From positions 24,956 to 88,955 of the IMG/VR virus record IMGVR_UViG_3300028048_000112: DNA of 64,000 nucleotides; one strand, 5' to 3'. Of the stretch, positions 63,608 through 64,000 are shown piece by piece. The translations under genes and the position numbers were made by a program. The notes under the pieces were generated by a model. That model was not told the DNA's origin. It saw only the letters and a list, made by a program, of their open reading frames with translations, and did not search any database. The stretch is from a virus (Duplodnaviria; Caudoviricetes). How positions within the stretch are numbered: position 1 is the stretch's first letter; each line of letters begins with the position of its first letter.

Positions 63608-63619
63608 TATAATATATAA
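63608..63619 (-). promoter_or_regulatory. Early-type promoter
   Basis: Exact motif. Confidence 0.75.
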
Positions 63620-63631
63620 GTATAAAAAAAA

Positions 63632-63681
63632 GAAACCGTAGCAATCCGGTACAGAAAACCTCTTAGGAGGTTTTACTGTTT
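63632..63681 (-). repeat. Structured 3' element family 2, copy 3
   Basis: Minus strand: ACAG-T-AAAACCTC-CTAA-GAGGTTTT-CTGT-ACCG-GATTGCTA-CGGT-TTCTTTT. Confidence 0.85.
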
Positions 63682-63690
63682 TCGAAGTGC

Positions 63691-63912
63691 TTACATTTTC
63701 AGCACTTCTTCGACTGGGGTTTCTACCCCATCGACTTGGCATGTGCAATAAATGCACCCACCAAGATCTGGCGGACCAGATATTGTGAGGTCGGCACTTT
63801 CGTGCCACTTCTTAAACTCCTCGACAGATCCCTCGAAAGAGTTCCAAACTCCTTCGTATGTAAGATCATTATACCCGGATACGCCCAATTCATACTTTAC
63901 TGTCTTTGACAT
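63691..63912 (-). CDS. Small acidic early protein with CxxCxC
   Basis: GAGGTG SD; GCIYCTCQ. Confidence 0.75.
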   Translation of the reverse strand: MSKTVKYELGVSGYNDLTYEGVWNSFEGSVEEFKKWHESADLTISGPPDLGGCIYCTCQVDGVETPVEEVLKM

Positions 63913-63970
63913 AATTCACCTCTTTGAAGAAGGGCTTGAATTTTTTGGTTGTTTTTCCCTTCCTCATTAA

Positions 63971-63982
63971 TATAATATATAA
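63971..63982 (-). promoter_or_regulatory. Early-type promoter with a G13 tract on its upstream side
   Basis: Exact motif, then TT-G13-TTT at the window edge. Confidence 0.75.
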
Positions 63983-64000
63983 TTGGGGGGGGGGGGGTTT

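Noticed and set aside
56640-63681. Integron attC sites or a CRISPR array
   Set aside because: No RYYYAAC/GTTRRRY cores, no integrase or cas genes in the window, and the repeats are separated by whole genes.
559-63970. Numerous antisense or out-of-frame track ORFs (for example 559..1380, 19785..20504, 30375..30654, 51230..51871)
   Set aside because: Shadow ORFs of strongly biased or repetitive real genes, lacking SDs and with implausible composition.
1-64000. Stop-codon reassignment
   Set aside because: Core genes are full length in the standard code, and TAA, TAG and TGA all end plausible genes.

Overview
This window is part of an AT-rich jumbo myovirus genome of the phiKZ/AR9-related type that encodes its own multisubunit RNA polymerase, read in the standard genetic code. 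The structural blocks encode a major capsid protein, terminase large subunit, tail sheath, tube and tape-measure-like proteins, baseplate proteins and a cluster of paralogous internal head proteins. Most sit behind a late-type ACA-N5-ATATA motif. Between them lie leftward 'early islands' (about 6.4-6.8, 11.6-11.9, 22.1-23.5, 29.1-31.7 and 54.1-64 kb). The islands are built from modular cassettes: a TTATATATTATA promoter, a covarying 5' hairpin abutting the Shine-Dalgarno (SD), a small ORF, and a structured terminator. The last island also carries a split RNAP beta'-C subunit. The most notable items are a perfectly paired tRNA-like gene whose anticodon loop is replaced by a GAAA-capped hairpin, a late-promoter sRNA candidate carrying two anti-SD repeats, two families of repeated structured 3' RNA elements, poly-G island-head promoters, an AcrIII-1 (DUF1874) ring nuclease, and a probable virion-packaged metallophosphoesterase fusion. 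All protein assignments come from motif recognition by eye; no database search was run.
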